Below are positions 62,971 through 64,000 of a DNA stretch of 64,000 nucleotides, piece after piece. The notes under the pieces are model-generated. The model saw only the letters and a list, made by a program, of their open reading frames with translations. It was not told where the DNA came from and did no database searches. Every line of letters begins with the position of its first letter. Positions within the stretch are counted from its first letter, which is position 1. The position numbers and the translations under genes are program-made. The stretch is from positions 16,583 through 80,582 of the forward strand of contig JAJDUR010000078.1 of the NCBI GenBank assembly GCA_022826585.1. The letters are read 5' to 3'. The DNA is from Dehalococcoidia bacterium. GTDB lineage: Bacteria; Chloroflexota; Dehalococcoidia; Tepidiformales; Tepidiformaceae.

Positions 62971-63567
62971 TCAGTAGTCCGGGTCGGGCACGCTCTCGAT
63001 CAAGTCGTGGGGGTAATTCCCGTAGAGGTGGTCTTCGACAACGCTGGCGAAGAAGTCACTTCTGTCGAGGCGCTTCAGAGCAAAGATCTGTTCCTTCAGG
63101 CAGGTGACCGCCGCCGTGTCGCTGGAATAGTCACCTCCGCTGCGATAGAGATTGATGATGCAGGCTTCGAAGGTGAGTGCCCCGGCCAGCCATACAACCT
63201 GGTCGTACGGAGTGTGCTCAGGAGGAAAGGCCGTGTCCTGCGCCACCCGTACCTTCCCCTCGATCACATCCTGAGCCGTGCCAGCAGGGAAGGGCGTCAG
63301 GAAGATGTCCACAATGCTCCCCTCGACCCGAGCGAAGGTTTCAGGTGCGCGGTCGGAGAGGAGGTAGAGGGCGGCCTCAACCTGGGCGATGAAGCCATCG
63401 GACCCCACGATCCTGATCCGCGTATCGAGCGCTTCGCCGCTCGTGGAGCGGATGTCATCCTCGCCGCCACAGGCGGCGGTCACTGCCAGGACCAGACCCG
63501 CAAGGCACACGACGGCAGGACGCCAACCGCCGGGCCAGCAAGTCACGGCTCGATGCTCACGGAGCAC
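62971..63567 (-). CDS. orphan putative lipoprotein
   Basis: 198 aa with lipobox-like LAVTAAC. Hand-counted G+C is about 53-60% versus about 70% in neighbours. The GTG start directly abuts the stop of the upstream MoaD-like gene. Confidence 0.5.
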   Translation of the reverse strand: MLREHRAVTCWPGGWRPAVVCLAGLVLAVTAACGGEDDIRSTSGEALDTRIRIVGSDGFIAQVEAALYLLSDRAPETFARVEGSIVDIFLTPFPAGTAQDVIEGKVRVAQDTAFPPEHTPYDQVVWLAGALTFEACIINLYRSGGDYSSDTAAVTCLKEQIFALKRLDRSDFFASVVEDHLYGNYPHDLIESVPDPDY

Positions 63568-63834
63568 TCAGCCGCCGCCGATGGCGGGGACGAACTGGAT
63601 TTCCGTGGCGTCGGTGACGGGCTGGAGGAGGCCGAGGTGGTTCGTCTCGCCGTCGATGGCGGCCATGATCTCGGGGATGAGGGCGCCGTCCTCGTCGAGG
63701 AGCCGGTCCTTCATGCCGGGGAAGCGCTCGTCGAGGGCGTTGATGACCTGGCGCAGGTTGCGGCCGGAGACCTCGACGGTGCGGGCGCCGCCGGTGAGGC
63801 CCTCGAGCAGCGAGGGAATGAAGACGGTGGCCAC
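63568..63834 (-). CDS. MoaD/ThiS/CysO-family ubiquitin-like sulfur-carrier protein
   Basis: 88 aa ending in the diagnostic C-terminal GG (VPAIGGG). The overall pattern is collinear with CysO-type carriers. Confidence 0.85.
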   Translation of the reverse strand: MATVFIPSLLEGLTGGARTVEVSGRNLRQVINALDERFPGMKDRLLDEDGALIPEIMAAIDGETNHLGLLQPVTDATEIQFVPAIGGG

Positions 63835-63844
63835 GAGCCCCTCG

Positions 63845-64000
63845 CTAGTCCTCGGGCTCGACCGCTCCCAGCGCCTCGAGCACGTTGCCGGGCGACATCG
63901 GCAGGTGCGTCATGCGCGTGCCGGTGGCATCGTGGATGGCGTTAGCGATGGCGGCCATGGGCGGGACGATGGGCACCTCGCCCACGCCGCGGATGCCGTA
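63845..64000 (-). CDS. C-terminal 51 aa of a xanthine-dehydrogenase/aldehyde-oxidase/CoxL-family molybdopterin subunit (5' part outside the window)
   Basis: The reverse-strand translation YGIRGVGEVPIVPPMAAIANAIHDATGTRMTHLPMSPGNVLEAL... matches the conserved C-terminus of this family. The stop is TAG at 63845-63847. Confidence 0.8.
   Translation of the reverse strand, partial: YGIRGVGEVPIVPPMAAIANAIHDATGTRMTHLPMSPGNVLEALGAVEPED

Overview
This is a 64-kb high-G+C bacterial chromosomal segment. Hand counts of individual 60-nt lines give about 65-70% G+C in core genes. All homology calls come from motif recognition by eye, since no searches were possible. The gene content is mostly housekeeping and is densely packed, with many 1-4 nt start/stop overlaps. 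Minus-strand operon at the left end: pheS, an inserted four-helix-bundle ORF, pheT, a small Cys-rich ORF and two tandem GNAT paralogs. Molybdenum-related genes: a membrane-anchored sulfite-oxidase-like Mo enzyme, moeA, mog, a MoaD/CysO-like carrier, and the 3' end of an XDH/CoxL-family subunit. A thioredoxin-NHL protein follows the Mo enzyme. A complete dcw cluster spans 14.0-30.4 kb in the order mraZ-rsmH-ftsL-ftsI-murF-mraY-murD-ftsW-murG-murC-murB-ddl-ftsQ-ftsA-ftsZ. It has a textbook promoter and MraZ operator but no murE. Other operons: ABC-2 exporter plus truncated haemoglobin; tkt, a tal-pgi fusion and an IMPase-family gene; and class-I fumarase alpha/beta plus hemA. The right third holds an acyl-CoA mutase large subunit, an aminotransferase, a CoA-transferase, an ABC importer, and an LLM/ADC/SDR/2xNTF2 cluster. 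I recognised no rRNA, tRNA, CRISPR array, transposase or integrase. Four places look accessory or unusual. (1) An IVS-like four-helix-bundle cassette with heptamer-built inverted repeats sits between pheS and pheT. (2) A 63-bp direct duplication of the mutase 3' end brackets a 2.7-kb lower-GC insert encoding one secreted HExxH protein. (3) Two paralogous tail-anchored coiled-coil mini-proteins lie in convergent orientation next to a 128-aa orphan. (4) A lower-GC orphan lipoprotein gene lies at 63.0-63.6 kb. Taxon cannot be determined from the sequence alone. The synteny and composition fit a high-GC Chloroflexota/Thermomicrobia-like or deep actinobacterial genome.
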